A DNA stretch of 64,000 bases, taken from Octopus bimaculoides (Eukaryota). The notes under the pieces are model-generated. The model ran no database searches and was not told the DNA's origin. It saw only the letters and a list, made by a program, of their open reading frames with translations. The DNA lies in contig NC_068982.1 in the NCBI RefSeq assembly GCF_001194135.2, forward strand, positions 163,791,886 through 163,855,885. Reading direction: 5' to 3'. The position numbers and the translations under genes are program-made. Positions 1-11,224 of this stretch are shown here, one piece after another. Within the stretch, counting starts at the first letter, position 1; each line of letters starts with the position of its first letter.

Positions 1-880
1 TACAGTAAATTAATCTGCATTTTTTTCTACAGTTTTCCATCATCCAAATCAAGAATATCACTCAAAGACCTCTAATTCACCCAAAACTCTGAAAGTAATC
101 ATTTCAAAAGGTTATTTTGTGTGCATCTTTGAGAGTAGATGAGGGTTGGAGGAATTTGGGTTTTGCTATAATAATTATTTTCCGTCATCATCATCATCGT
201 TATTATTATTATTATTATCATCATTATTATTAATGATATTATCGTTGTTATTGCTGATTTTATAATATTTTCTCTTTCACTCTTTAAAGATATTATTGGA
301 TTTTGAATCTAATCTTTGGAGCAATTTAAAATTATCAGAAGACAGTCGGGGAAGGAGTTATATATTTCTAGGAAATATTATTAAATTAGCTGCAACCATT
401 TTTATTTTCGTTCTTTAAGGTGACAATTTTTTGGAACTTTTTAAAAAATTTTTTCCTTAATTTCTCTTGTCGAAATAATTCTACAATAAAACAGAATAAA
501 GTGAGATAAGGGAAAAGAAATAAAACTTACAAAATTGTCAAATTTATTTTGAACCAGAGGAGATCTTTTATAATGATATATTTCTAAGAATGGAAACAAT
601 AGTAGCAATAATTCAAACATGGAAAAAATATGGATTTCTTTCAACAACAGATTTGTCAGATTTTCATAGAAGAGGAACAAGAGTCACTTGATCAATAGAT
701 TTGCTTTATCAAACTCTGAGAGATGAAGTGGGATTTCAGCCTTCACTTAGGATAACTTAGAACCATTTGGAGTTGAAAATAAATACTGTATGAGTTCAAT
801 CTTTAAATGGTGAAGAGAAATAAGCCTCAAAAGAAGTCACAATTTTAATGAAGCAAAACAGGAAAAAAGGAAAATGTTCA

Positions 881-1509
881 GTAAAGAAATGTCTCTCGGG
901 GTAGAGGGAGATCCAGGAAGACATGGGATGAGGTGGTGAATGTTGAGCCTTCGAATGTTGGGCCTCACAGAGGCAATGACAAAAGACCGAGACCTCTGGA
1001 GATATACTGTGACTGAGAAGACCTGGACAATAAAGTGAGTTCCAGTTGTAGCCTACGCCAGTGTTGCATAACCAGCCCACTCAAAAGTACCTTGGATTGT
1101 AGGGCGACATGCTGTGCTTGAGGAGACCTTTTGAGTCAAGTACATCAAAATCAAAATCAAATGGAAATTGTAGTTGTGGTCGCCGTGCCAGTGGCACATA
1201 AAAAGCACCATCTGAATGTGGCCAATGCCAGTGCCGCCTTGACTGGCTTCCGTGCCGGTGGCAAGTAAAAAGCACCAACCGATCGTGGTCGTTGCCAGCC
1301 TCCTCTGGCCCCTGTGCTGGTGGCACATAAAAAGCACTCACTACACTCTTGGAGTGGTTGGCATTAGGAAGGGCATCCAGCTGTAGAAACACTGCCAGAT
1401 CAGATTGGGGCCTGCCGCAGCCTCCTGGCTTCCCAGACCCCAGTCAAGCTGTCCAACTCATGCCAGCATGGAAAACGGACGTTAAACGATGATGATGATG
1501 ATGATGATA
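881..1509 (+). mobile_element. RTE-clade LINE, 5'-truncated 3' fragment (ORF C-terminus, modular 3' UTR, (GAT)n tail)
   Basis: Degenerate translation GRGRSRKTWDEVV...MLGLTEAMTKDRDLWRYTVTEKT matches the RTE C-terminal GRGRPRKTW...DRDLW pattern also seen at 48460 and 53100. The UTR has three GTGCCGGTGGCACGTAAAAAGCACC-type modules and ends CATGCCAGCATGGAAAACGGACGTTAAAC(GAT)n. Confidence 0.85.
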
Positions 1510-1542
1510 AGTAAAATCGTCACCACCACCACTACCACCACC

Positions 1543-1800
1543 ATCATCATCATCATCATTTAATGTCTGTTTCCCATGCTGGCATGGATTGGATGGTTTG
1601 ACAGGAGCTGGCAAGCTGAAGAGCTGCCCAGGCTCCATTTGTCTGTTTTGGCCTGGTTTCTATGGCTGGATGCTCTTCCTAATGCCAAACACTTTACTGT
1701 GTGTACTGGGTGCTTTTTATATTCTACCTGCTTGAGTGCATTTTATGTAGCACCAGCATGAGTGCATTCTATGTGGTACTGGCAAAAGTGCATTTTATGT
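1543..1800 (-). mobile_element. RTE LINE 3' UTR fragment, tail-to-tail with the preceding copy
   Basis: Reverse complement of the same terminus: (CAT)n TTAATGTCTGTTTCCCATGCTGGCATGG...GGATGCTCTTCCTAATGCCAA. Confidence 0.8.
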
Positions 1801-1884
1801 AATAAAACAAATATTTTAAGCCACTTATTAAAAAACAATACATGACTTTTACACAATAACAACACAATTGATATAATCATGATC

Positions 1885-1990
1885 ATCATGATCATCATCG
1901 TTTAACCCATGGGTTGGACGGTTTGACTGAGAACTGGTGAGCCAGATGGCTGCACAAGGCTCCAATCTGCTCCAATCTTCTCCAATCTGC
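1885..1990 (-). mobile_element. Short RTE tail fragment ending in a 10-bp x3 repeat (CTCCAATCTG)
   Basis: CATCATCGTTTAACCCATGGGTTGGACGGTTTGACTGAG...GGCTCCAATCTG matches the RTE tail at 50900 and 60845. Confidence 0.7.
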
Positions 1991-2039
1991 AAGTGTTAAG
2001 TTATGTCTAGAAGTATCATTAACCATTCTTTGCCTTCAA

Positions 2040-2990
2040 AACTCCTCATTATTTAATAGATTCTCTGATGTTATTTATTCTTATAAACATAAGTACTACT
2101 CATCTTTCACACACTTTGCCAAATCTATATAATTCCATAATAAATTTCCATCCCCCAAAAAACCTTAAACTAAGACAAAGTCAACTTTGCAGCCTCCTTC
2201 TTAAAAAATGCTACCCCCCCCCTTATTCTTTCTCATACACACATCTCCAGTTTCTTCCAAACTCTTCAAATCAACTACTTTACACATCACTCTTAGCATC
2301 CCCACCCTCCCCAGTCTCAAAAAGTACTTGACAATACCCCACTCCTTTGAAAACTAAATCTACTTCTACCCCTCTAACTACCTCTACTCACTCTACCCCC
2401 TCTACCTCTACCCCTTCTACCCCTCTACTCACACCCCTGTATTGAATTTCATACTCTTCTCTTTACCATAATACCTCACCTCACCTCACTCCTCCAATAC
2501 CAACTCAATTTCTTTGTCCCACTAACAACTACAGCTCATTTCTTTCAAATAATAGCCATCCCCTTTTCACTATCTCAACCTTTAACTTTATAGTATTTAT
2601 ACAAACTAACACAAAGGTCATCATTCACATACTAACTAAACCATCCCTCCTCTACTTCTATCACTAGCCTCTTTATTAACCCTAATCCCCAAATCTGTTT
2701 TCTCCTCCCACTACTCTCTATCTAAACACCCCACCAGCTCCTCTTTCTAATACACTTAGTTCTCCACAAAATCATTCCATCTTTGAATTCCATTCTGTCA
2801 ACACCTCAAATGTAAAATTCTTCCCTGAAGACAGAGGCTGGTGTTATCCTATGATGGAATCAAGTTACAATCATTATTTTGGACCACCAAGCCCTTAGAA
2901 ACAGCTGCTGAACTCGTAAAACTCCAACTCAACCCCTTTAATTTCTGATATCATTTCTATTCTGTGTAAGTCATATTTTTTTGTATATTG
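2040..2990 (+). mobile_element. Probable decayed Penelope-like retroelement fragment with hammerhead-core-like motif
   Basis: C/T-skewed tract. ORF 2068-2331 (THLSHTLPNLYNSIINFH...LLKKCYPPPYSFSY) resembles the PLE segment before the GIY-YIG domain (TYHPTLPNL..I...H...LK..FP.PP..Y). CTGAAGA at 2825 and GAAACAGCTG at 2898 flank a long hairpin. Confidence 0.45.
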
Positions 2991-3068
2991 ACATGCCTAA
3001 CTTGCTTGTTCTTACATTTACTCCCCCACTCTCTCTCTCTCTATATATATATATGTGAGTGTGTGTGT

Positions 3069-3366
3069 GAAGGCACATGGCTTAGTGGTTAGGGTGTTGC
3101 ACTCATGATTGTGAGATCGTGGTTTCAATTCCCAGATTGGGCATTGCATTGTGTTCATGAGCAAAACACTTCATTTCACATTGCTCTGTGATCATTTTGT
3201 CATCTCACTTGTGGCACATGGTGTACCTGTACAGGTAATGTCGATTTGATGGAGAGAGCGAGCTTATGTGAGTACAAACATTTGATCACTATAACCAAAT
3301 CACCTGTGTGGTTGTTCAGCAAGAAATTGCTGAATCCTCATATGTCGTTTAACAATGGGAGAGTCC
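3069..3366 (+). mobile_element. tRNA-derived SINE with CORE-like central segment
   Basis: A-box TGGCTTAGTGG, B-box GGTTTCAATTCC, then TTGTGTTCATGAGCAAAACACTT, similar to the CORE-type TGTGACCTTGGGCAAGTCACTT. Confidence 0.7.
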
Positions 3367-4094
3367 ATTATACACACGCACACATACACACACACATATA
3401 TATGCAGTTAAATATATGTCTGGTCATAGAATGACCAATGGTTCCACATACATAAAGTGTTAAGCTTCATGGACACAATTTATGGATGTGAAACCATATA
3501 TATTGTGAAACCAGACATATATTTAACTGTATGAAAATACATTACCGCTCTATCCTTTAGAGTGTGTTTCTTTTTCAGATAAATGATGCACTAATGATAT
3601 GTATGTATATATGCATATGTAAATATGCTTATATGTACATTGATATATAGATACACATCAATATATATATGTGTCTATATATACTCATGAATACTCATTC
3701 ACATGTATATGGTCTTTATATGCATACATATGTATTTTCTTTTTGCTCTATGCCACATCATTTGTAAATGTCAACTCCAGCTTGAAAGTACAGTATGTCT
3801 TTCATTAGAGTTTCCATGGCTATTGTCTTAGACCAGGTGCTCAGTATAATACCTTTGTCACCCCTGTGAGAGCCCATTGGATTATGTTTTACTTACCCGT
3901 CCTCTGACTGGTCTTGTTTTTAGTCCAGCAGAACATCTACAGAGCCCTCCACATCAAGAAAGGCAAATGAGAAAGCCAGTTTAGTTGCCAACCACTTAAC
4001 CACAAACAGGGGTCGTGGGTTACATGGTACCCATAGCAGTATTTGTTTGACCTGACCTGCAGAATATTTTTGACCTGACATATGTTTATACATA

Positions 4095-4132
<38 letters not shown>

Positions 4133-4853
4133 GTAAGCACATGCACTTACAAAGTGTAAGATATAAAACAGAGAATGGGAACATATAAAACAGAGAAAGA
4201 GAAAGACAAAAGAGAGGAAGAGAGACGTAGGGAGGGAGGGAAAATGCGCTTGTTTACGAGAATATCAATATTTGATTGCATTGATGTAATAATTAATAAT
4301 CCAACCCATAATTAACCAATAAAAACAGATATTGATGTAATTCAATTTGAAATATCAGAAATATCACTCCTTAAATTTTATTTTTCTAATAGCATGAGGA
4401 TTTCTCTGTCATAAAAGTTATTGAACTACTTTAAAAAAAAAGTAAATAATAATAGAAGAACTAAAATTAAGTGAACAAAACAAAAGCAAACGTTGCTTGA
4501 TCCGGTAGTTTCTTTGTAAACATATTTGAATTTAGAACAAAACAAATTATCTCTTTGGAGTGGCCTTTGTTTTGTAAGTAATTTTAATAAGAGATCTTTA
4601 ATCTCCATGTTTTATAGGCAATTGATGGTAGCTGATCATAGCTGGATTGGAGATTGGGTGTTGTAGAATACACATAACATGGTAATGGTGGTAAGTAGAG
4701 TATAGGTAGGTTTATCACGATATGGTTGTAGGATGTTGGAATGGAGAGAATGGTAAATCATGCTGACATTGACATATGATGGAAGTAGCAAGACTAGTTG
4801 AAGCTACATATATTTGATAAAAATAGATTCTATTACCACCCTACCATGTAAAG

Positions 4854-5170
4854 TATGTGGCCCAGTAGTTAGAGATCTTTCGCTCACAATTGTAAGGTCA
4901 TGAGTTTAATTCTTGGTGGTGCATTGGGTCTTTGAGCAAGACAATTCTTTTTTTTTCACATTGCTTCAGTTTACTCAGCTGGCAAAAATGAGTAGTGCTT
5001 GTATTTCAAAGGGCCAGCATTGTCACACTCTGTGTCACACTGAATCTCCCTGAGAACTATGTTAATAGTATGTGTGTCTTTGGAGTGCTCAGCCACTTGC
5101 ATGTTAATTTCATGAGCTGGCTGTTCCATTGACCAGATCAACTAGAATCCTTGTTTTGTAACTGACTGAA
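4854..5170 (+). mobile_element. tRNA-derived SINE (local family C)
   Basis: TGGCCCAGTAGTT head, GAGTTTAATTC B-box. The body TTGTATTTCAAAGGGCCAGC...GTGCTCAGCCACTTGCATGTTAATTTCATGAGC is shared with 17070 and 18620. Confidence 0.75.
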
Positions 5171-5599
5171 TGACAAGTCTAAGTTTACCAGGGAATCTAT
5201 GCATAGTTGCTCAACCTATACATAGACAAACAGATACACACAAATAAATGCACACACATACATGTACACACATACAGGCACACACATATGCCTCAAACCA
5301 TACCTTACTGTCTTAAACATTCATTTTCTCTTTTTTAATAGGCTTGGTCAGAGAAGAAAAAGTAGCATCCATTACTATTTTCAGGATATCTGAGACTTGT
5401 GGGTAGGAAGGATGAAGTTATCAAATCCAAGGGCCAGGTAGTACTGTTAAACCATACAACAAGTTTAAGCCATCATTCAACCAAAATCTGGAATGACCCT
5501 TCTGATGAGCTACCAACAACATCTGTCTACCAAAAGTAGTATCAAAGTGGTATCAAAAAGTTCCTGGACTAGTTATGCTTAATAAAAAATAACTTATAT

Positions 5600-5922
5600 T
5601 CTTTTATTCTTTTATTTGTTTCAGTCATTTGACTGCGGCCAAATTGATCTTAGGACTTAGTCTTTGTAAACCTAGTATTTATTCTATTGGTATCTTTTGC
5701 TGAACTGCTAAGTTACAGGGATGTAAGCAAACCAGCATCAGTTGTCAAACGATGGTGGGGGGGACAAACACAGACACACAAACATACACACATACACACA
5801 CACACACATGCACACACACACAAACACACATATATATGGCAGGCTTGTTTCAGTTTTCATCTACCAAATTCATACACAAGGCTTTGGTCAGCCTGAGGCT
5901 ATAGTAGAAGACACTTGCCCTG
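5600..5922 (-). mobile_element. SINE family A (head missing) nested inside the mariner
   Basis: TTGTTTCAGTCATTTGACTGCGGCC...(CA)n...GGCTATAGTAGAAGACACTTGCCC lies between the GDYFKG codons and the mariner 3' TIR. Confidence 0.85.
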
Positions 5923-6374
5923 CGCCCTTGAAATAGTCACCTAGTGCATTAATACATCAGTCCCAGCATTCCTGCTACTTTTGAAATCCGGCCTGGAAGT
6001 CATTTTCCATAAGTGAGTAGATGATCTTCTGTGACTCACTCTTGATCTTGACAACGGTATTTAAACAGCAATCATTGAGCTGCATTTTCATCTTGGGGAA
6101 GAGATGGAAGTCTGCAGGTGCTAAATCTGGTGAATATGGTGGGTGTGGAAGTGATACCATGTTGTTTTTGGCAAGAAATTCATGAGTAAGGAGAGCTCAG
6201 AGTCAGAGTGCATTGTCATTGCGATGAATCCAATTCTTTGCACTCTACAGATCCAATTACTTTCACCAAATATCCTCCCTCAAACACTCAAAGCATCATT
6301 GATTGTCCTCAGACAATCCTCATGCACAAGCTGATGAATTTTCTCCACATTTCCAGGGGTGATGCTCGTGGCAG

Positions 6375-6459
6375 GTCTTCCAGATTGCACATTGTCTTCC
6401 AGATTGCACATTGTCTTCCAGATTGCACATTGTCTTCCAGATTGCACATTGTCTTCCAG
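6375..6459. repeat. 19-bp perfect tandem repeat x4.5 (GTCTTCCAGATTGCACATT) inside the mariner
   Basis: Units start at 6375, 6394, 6413, 6432 and 6451. Confidence 0.97.
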
Positions 6460-6934
6460 GGATGTTCTTCTGCTTTTGAAGTGCCCATGCCACTTGAAAC
6501 ATTGCATAAGACCTGTTGCCTCATCGCCATAAGTTTGCCAAAGCATGCTCAATGTCTCTGTAGCAGACTTCCCAAATTTAACACAAAATTTCATGCTGGC
6601 TCTGTGTTCCAATTGCTTGTCCATGACTACAGCATACACATGGACACAGAAACACAAATTTCATAACTTGTTAAAGTAAACACAGCGATGTCACTCAGCA
6701 CACTGCCTCATGAAGGTCACTGCTAGCTCTCACTCTGCATGCAACCGTGTTCTGCTATCTATTGGTGCCCTACAAATCAAGTCCTAGAACTTTTTGACAC
6801 TCCCTCCCTACCCAACTGTGGTAACAACTCAGAAACTGCATGGCTGCAAAGTGAACTTTTTAACAATATTTATTTCTTTATTGCCCACAGTGGGGCTAAA
6901 CATAGAGGGGACAAACAAAGACAAACAAAGGAAT

Positions 6935-7106
6935 TAATTCGATTACATTGACCCCAGTGTGTAACTGGTACTTAATTTATCGACCCAGAAAGGATGAAAG
7001 GCAAAGTCAACCTCGGCGGAATTTGCACTGAGAACGTAACAGCAGATGAAATAACGCTAAGCATTTCGCCCGGCGTGCTAACAATTCTGCCAGCTTGCTA
7101 CCTTCC
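6935..7106 (-). mobile_element. tRNA-derived SINE family B
   Basis: Reverse complement reads GGTAGCAAGCTGGCAGAATTGTTAGC...AAATTCCGCCGAGGTTGACTTTGCCTTTCATCCTTT...GTCGATAAATTAAGTACCAG; same family as 9838, 22040, 47030 and 57460. Confidence 0.85.
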
Positions 7107-7124
7107 TTTTAACAATATTGCAAT

Positions 7125-7280
7125 GCCATGTCATTGACAATGTCTAAATAAAAGACAGAATAATCAGGGCTGGAATGCTTTAATCATGGGCCTGTTCAAT
7201 CAAGGTTGAGTTAGAGCTGAACAACAGCAACAATAATAACAGCAACGTCAGCAACAACAATCACAATAACAACAACAATG
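7125..7280 (+). mobile_element. Degenerate SINE tail ending in (AAC)n (family E); similar remnants near 43730, 61390 and 62800
   Basis: GGCTGGAATGCTTTAATCATGGGCCTGTTCAATCAAGGTTGAGTTAGAGCTGAACAACAGCAAC is mirrored by AACCCTAGGCCAGTATTGACTGAGCAGACCATGATCAAAAGCATTCC near 43730. Confidence 0.55.
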
Positions 7281-9837
7281 ACATGAATGAATAAGTTTGT
7301 GAAACTGTAAGAAATAACTTCCAGTTTTTTGTTGCAGTGACAGAATAATTTTCCTCTTATTTATTTCAATAGACTCATAAGAGAACTGAAACACTTTTAT
7401 GTAAGCTGACAAAATCTTTGTTTATTTAAAGGTTTCTTACAATTGAAAATTTCATGGAGCAGCTCTGGCGAACTGACTAGTAGACATTCAATTTATGTAT
7501 AGTTCACAATACTTTGGTACTTACTGTATAGATGAGAAAAAGCTAATTATCCAAAAGTGTTTTAGCACCATAAAATCTAAAGATAAACTCAGTAGACTAT
7601 GGATGTCTGCTACAAGAAAGAGAGACAAATATAGGATCACAGTGGATAGTTTGTTCATTTTTCTAACTAAAGAAGCTGTTTAAAACCTTTTTTGTGTCTG
7701 TATCCAACCTTAAAGCTATGGTAAACCTGAAAGAATCATGAATTATCCATAAATTGAGGGTCTTCAATCTGGTCAGATTCTGTTACAGATCTTTTCTAAT
7801 TAACCAATTTAGATTGTTTGATAAAATTAGTTTAGATTATTTTAGTTTATTTTATAAAATATGTTGAACCAAGAATTAATTTACTCATATCAGATTTTAA
7901 AGTGAATTTATTTCATGTACTGCGCTAAATTATCTCTCAGAATTTTACTTTGAGAGGACATTTACAAGACTGCGGAAAAAAATAAATGTGCCAGCTCATA
8001 TCTCATTACTGATGCTGCACTATTTGTTAATTATAGAGTTCTCTTGCTACGGTAGCTATTTTGTTAGTTTGCAGCGGAGTTCTGTTATGAGTCAGTAGAA
8101 AGCAATGGGAAGCTGCTCCAGCATGTAATTTCAATCTGGCTTGTCATGGATGTCCGCAATAGCTTTAATTACAAGCATGTCAGTAATGGTTATTGTGCAA
8201 CAGTCTATTCAACATAAAACTCATCATGCACAATCATTTATCACCCGGTGGATATCTTATTTAAATTCAAGGGATTTAATGGCGATAATTACTGCACATC
8301 TTGATTAAGGAAATCTCTAGTTTACTATGGTAATTTTTCTGGTTTTTCTTTTTTGTTTTTAGTGTCTGATAGAGTTACCCATTACTCTGTCAACAACTGT
8401 GATTGTGATGATGAAATATTTGTCATTGGCCAACAGACGTGTTGATGTGGAATAATTCTTTTAAATCTTACACTGATTAATTCAAATCATGACTGAATCA
8501 AGATAAAATGTGACCTTTAAAGTTTCCTATAGATTTCTATTCTATTTATTTTTCTTTGTTATTTTACTATTGTTATAGTTGTTGTTTTATCTCTATCTGT
8601 TTTCGTTTGATTCAAGAAGAGAAGATTAGGTCCAATGTAATAATATATTTGGACAAGAACTGAAAACCACAGTGTTCTGTCTGAATCAGTTAATCAATTA
8701 ATTACTGTGCTAACAATTACCATTTCATCATCAACAACCAGCAGAAACTTCTTCCTGACTTTACTTTCAGCTTTTGTTTTCTTTTTCTTTCAGTTTAATT
8801 TTTGCCTGAGACTATTTTCTTTTTCATTGCTGTTTTTATTTTTAACTCAAAGAGAAAGAAAAAGCAAAGAAAGAAAAATTTAAGAAGTTGTTACCAAGAG
8901 AAAAATCCAATTACTAGATGCCTATTTCAGGAGAAATTGATATTTCTAACATTTGTTTTTCTTAAATAAAAAAAAAAAGGAAAAAAATATCATTAGACTT
9001 TAGAAACTTGTCAATTGTTTGAAAGTTGCAAATCAGAAACATAGAAACTTTCTAATTTAATTTTTTTTTTTTACTAATTCTTGTGACATTTACTTCTAGA
9101 TTAAAATGAAGGATTCATCAGTTTTAAGTTTTGATTCTCATGGTTTTTTGATTTGAACTATAAAACAATCTGGAGATTTGATCTTAACCTCGATTTGAAT
9201 CATGAGCCAATTGATAGTCTATCTAAATTTGTGAATGAAAGCTTCTTCAATTTTAAGTATTGGATCACATGTTTCCCTGAACCAGGATTGTTCTTCTTTA
9301 ATGCAGTATATCTAGATTTCAGTACATGTAATCCTATTGAAGATTTTAATAATTTTAACCATTGGTCATTTGAAGATTTTACTGAATATACAACTTACTT
9401 TTCAACCATAATCCTGCACTTCAAACGTTTTTCTCCCTTGAATCAATAGAATATTTGACGTTTATGAACAATATGCACAGCTGTCCATCATGAAACAGAA
9501 TCTTTCATAAGTTGGTAACTCCAAACAAATACCAAGTATATATGTTTGAGTTAAATATATTCCAGCAACTCCATGTTTCAATTAGATAAGACCCAATGAT
9601 CCTATCTGTTTATAAGCCAGCCAGTCTATTTCAAAAAGAATTCCTAGGGAAAATTGGTACCTAACCCAGTTAGGTAAACCATAGTTTGTATCATTAAGTA
9701 CATTACATAGAATTTCAATGACAAGACATGTAAATACATGTTGTAGCTATGAACAAAAGGCTTTGGGTTTTGTAGTCCAGTTCCCTTTATTTCTTTTAAG
9801 TCACTTTACTTTTGTGGGTTTAATATATTATTGTTGT

Positions 9838-10010
9838 AAGGCAGCGAGCTGGCAGAAATGTTAGCATGCTGGGCGAAATGCTTAGTGGTATTTCGTCTGT
9901 CTTTATGTTCTGAGTTCAAATTCGGCCAAGGTTGACTTTGCCTTTCATCCTTTTGGGGTCGATAAATTAAGTACCAGTTGCATACTGAGGTTGATCTCCT
10001 CACCCCCCCC
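9838..10010 (+). mobile_element. tRNA-derived SINE family B
   Basis: AAGGCAGCGAGCTGGCAGAAATGTTAGC head, B-box GAGTTCAAATTC, central GCCTTTCATCCTTTTGGGGTCGATAAATTAAGTACCAG. Confidence 0.88.
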
Positions 10011-10339
10011 TACTTTCACCCCTCTTTCTATCACCCACACTCCACTTTTCTTGTAGTCTCATCATTGTTGCTGCTACTCTCAGTTCCTTCATCATTATTN
10101 NNNNNNNNNNNNNNNNNNNNNNNNNNNNNNNNNNNNNNNNNNNNNNNNNNNNNNNNNNNNNNNNNNNNNNNNNNNNNNNNNNNNNNNNNNNNNNNNNNNT
10201 CGATAAATTAAGTACCAGTTGCATACTGAGGTTGATCTCCTCACCCCCCTACTTTCACCCCTCTTTCTATCACCCACACTCCACTTTCCTTGTAGTCTCA
10301 TCATTGTTGCTGCTACTCTCAGTTCCTTCATCATTATTA
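9959..10339. other. Probable assembly artefact: about 140 bp duplicated on both sides of a 100-N gap (10100-10199)
   Basis: 9959-10099 matches 10200-10339 except for C-run length and one T/C difference. Confidence 0.8.
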
Positions 10340-10391
10340 TCATCATCATCATCGTTGTCATCATCATCATCGTTGTCATCATCATCATCGT

Positions 10392-10432
<41 letters not shown>

Positions 10433-11224
10433 TATCTTTGTTATCATTAATAGCTATGGTTAAGAAAGCAAAGAAAGTTCACTTTCAGTGTACACCGAAA
10501 AGGACACAGACAAAAAAAAAATAAAACAAAAAAATACAAAAACGAAGAGAAAAAAAAAACAAAACAAAACATAGCTCCTTCCCTGAATGCATTCTTGTCT
10601 TTTGCCAAATATCTTCCCATCAACTTTTTCGGACAATCTTTCTTTAATCTTATTCAGTTCTGTCAGCAGCAGCACAGATTCTGCCAAGGAAAACTCCAGT
10701 TCATTCTCAGCACAAACAAATTTTCTGGCAGAATGTAAGAAATGTGTGTAAGAAGTGCGATGTAGCATGGTAGTGATATATGAACAATAAGTACAGAAGC
10801 CACATTGCAACTGGTGAGAAGCTTTTCTGATTATGGTCTATTGGATATGCAATTTTAATGTGCAAGAACTTTTGAGTGCAAGTCGGTTGAGGAAGCGACA
10901 TTGATCTATGTGTGTAAGAAATGCAATTACACCAGTAAGGATACAGCATTTTAAAAGTTATAGTATACTTAGTGACATGATTTCAGCAGAAAAAGGTATC
11001 TGTGGTTGGGATAATCAAAGGAGATGGCATGGTTGTGTGCTTAAGAAGTTCACTTTGCAACCATGTAGTTCCAGGTTAGATCTAGCTGTGGTACCCAGTG
11101 GGCAAATGTTTTTGTTATTTTTTTCTGTCACAGCCTTGGTTGATCAATATATCTGACGGAAATTTGGTTTTGACAGAAACTTAGCCTGCTATGTGAATGT
11201 ATGTTATGTTGTATCATGTGTGTA

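Larger units (their letters stand above)
5547..6810 (-). mobile_element. Decayed, internally deleted mariner (Tc1/mariner) DNA transposon
   Basis: TIRs at 5547-5570 and 6780-6803 (19/24 identical). N-terminus QLEHRASMKFCVKFGKSATETLSML, ED...SGRP, and HPPYSPDLAPADFHLFPKMK; the C-terminus reads CINALGDYFKG. The segment holding the first catalytic Asp is deleted. Confidence 0.9.

Noticed and set aside
1185-1338. UTR pseudoknot modules as ribosomal frameshift signals
   Set aside because: They lie downstream of the ORF end, and I see no slippery heptamer at the expected spacing.
6375-6459. Regular direct repeats as a possible CRISPR array (also 39299-39353)
   Set aside because: Head-to-tail units with no spacers, inside eukaryotic transposons, with no cas genes.
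9153-9449. 98-aa ORF with a repeated TTGAAGATTTTA
   Set aside because: TTG start, no recognisable domain in any frame, and no convincing splice context.
10460-10810. 116-aa minus-strand ORF starting with a CxxCxxC segment
   Set aside because: No recognisable family; the C-terminal part derives from poly-A/T low-complexity sequence.
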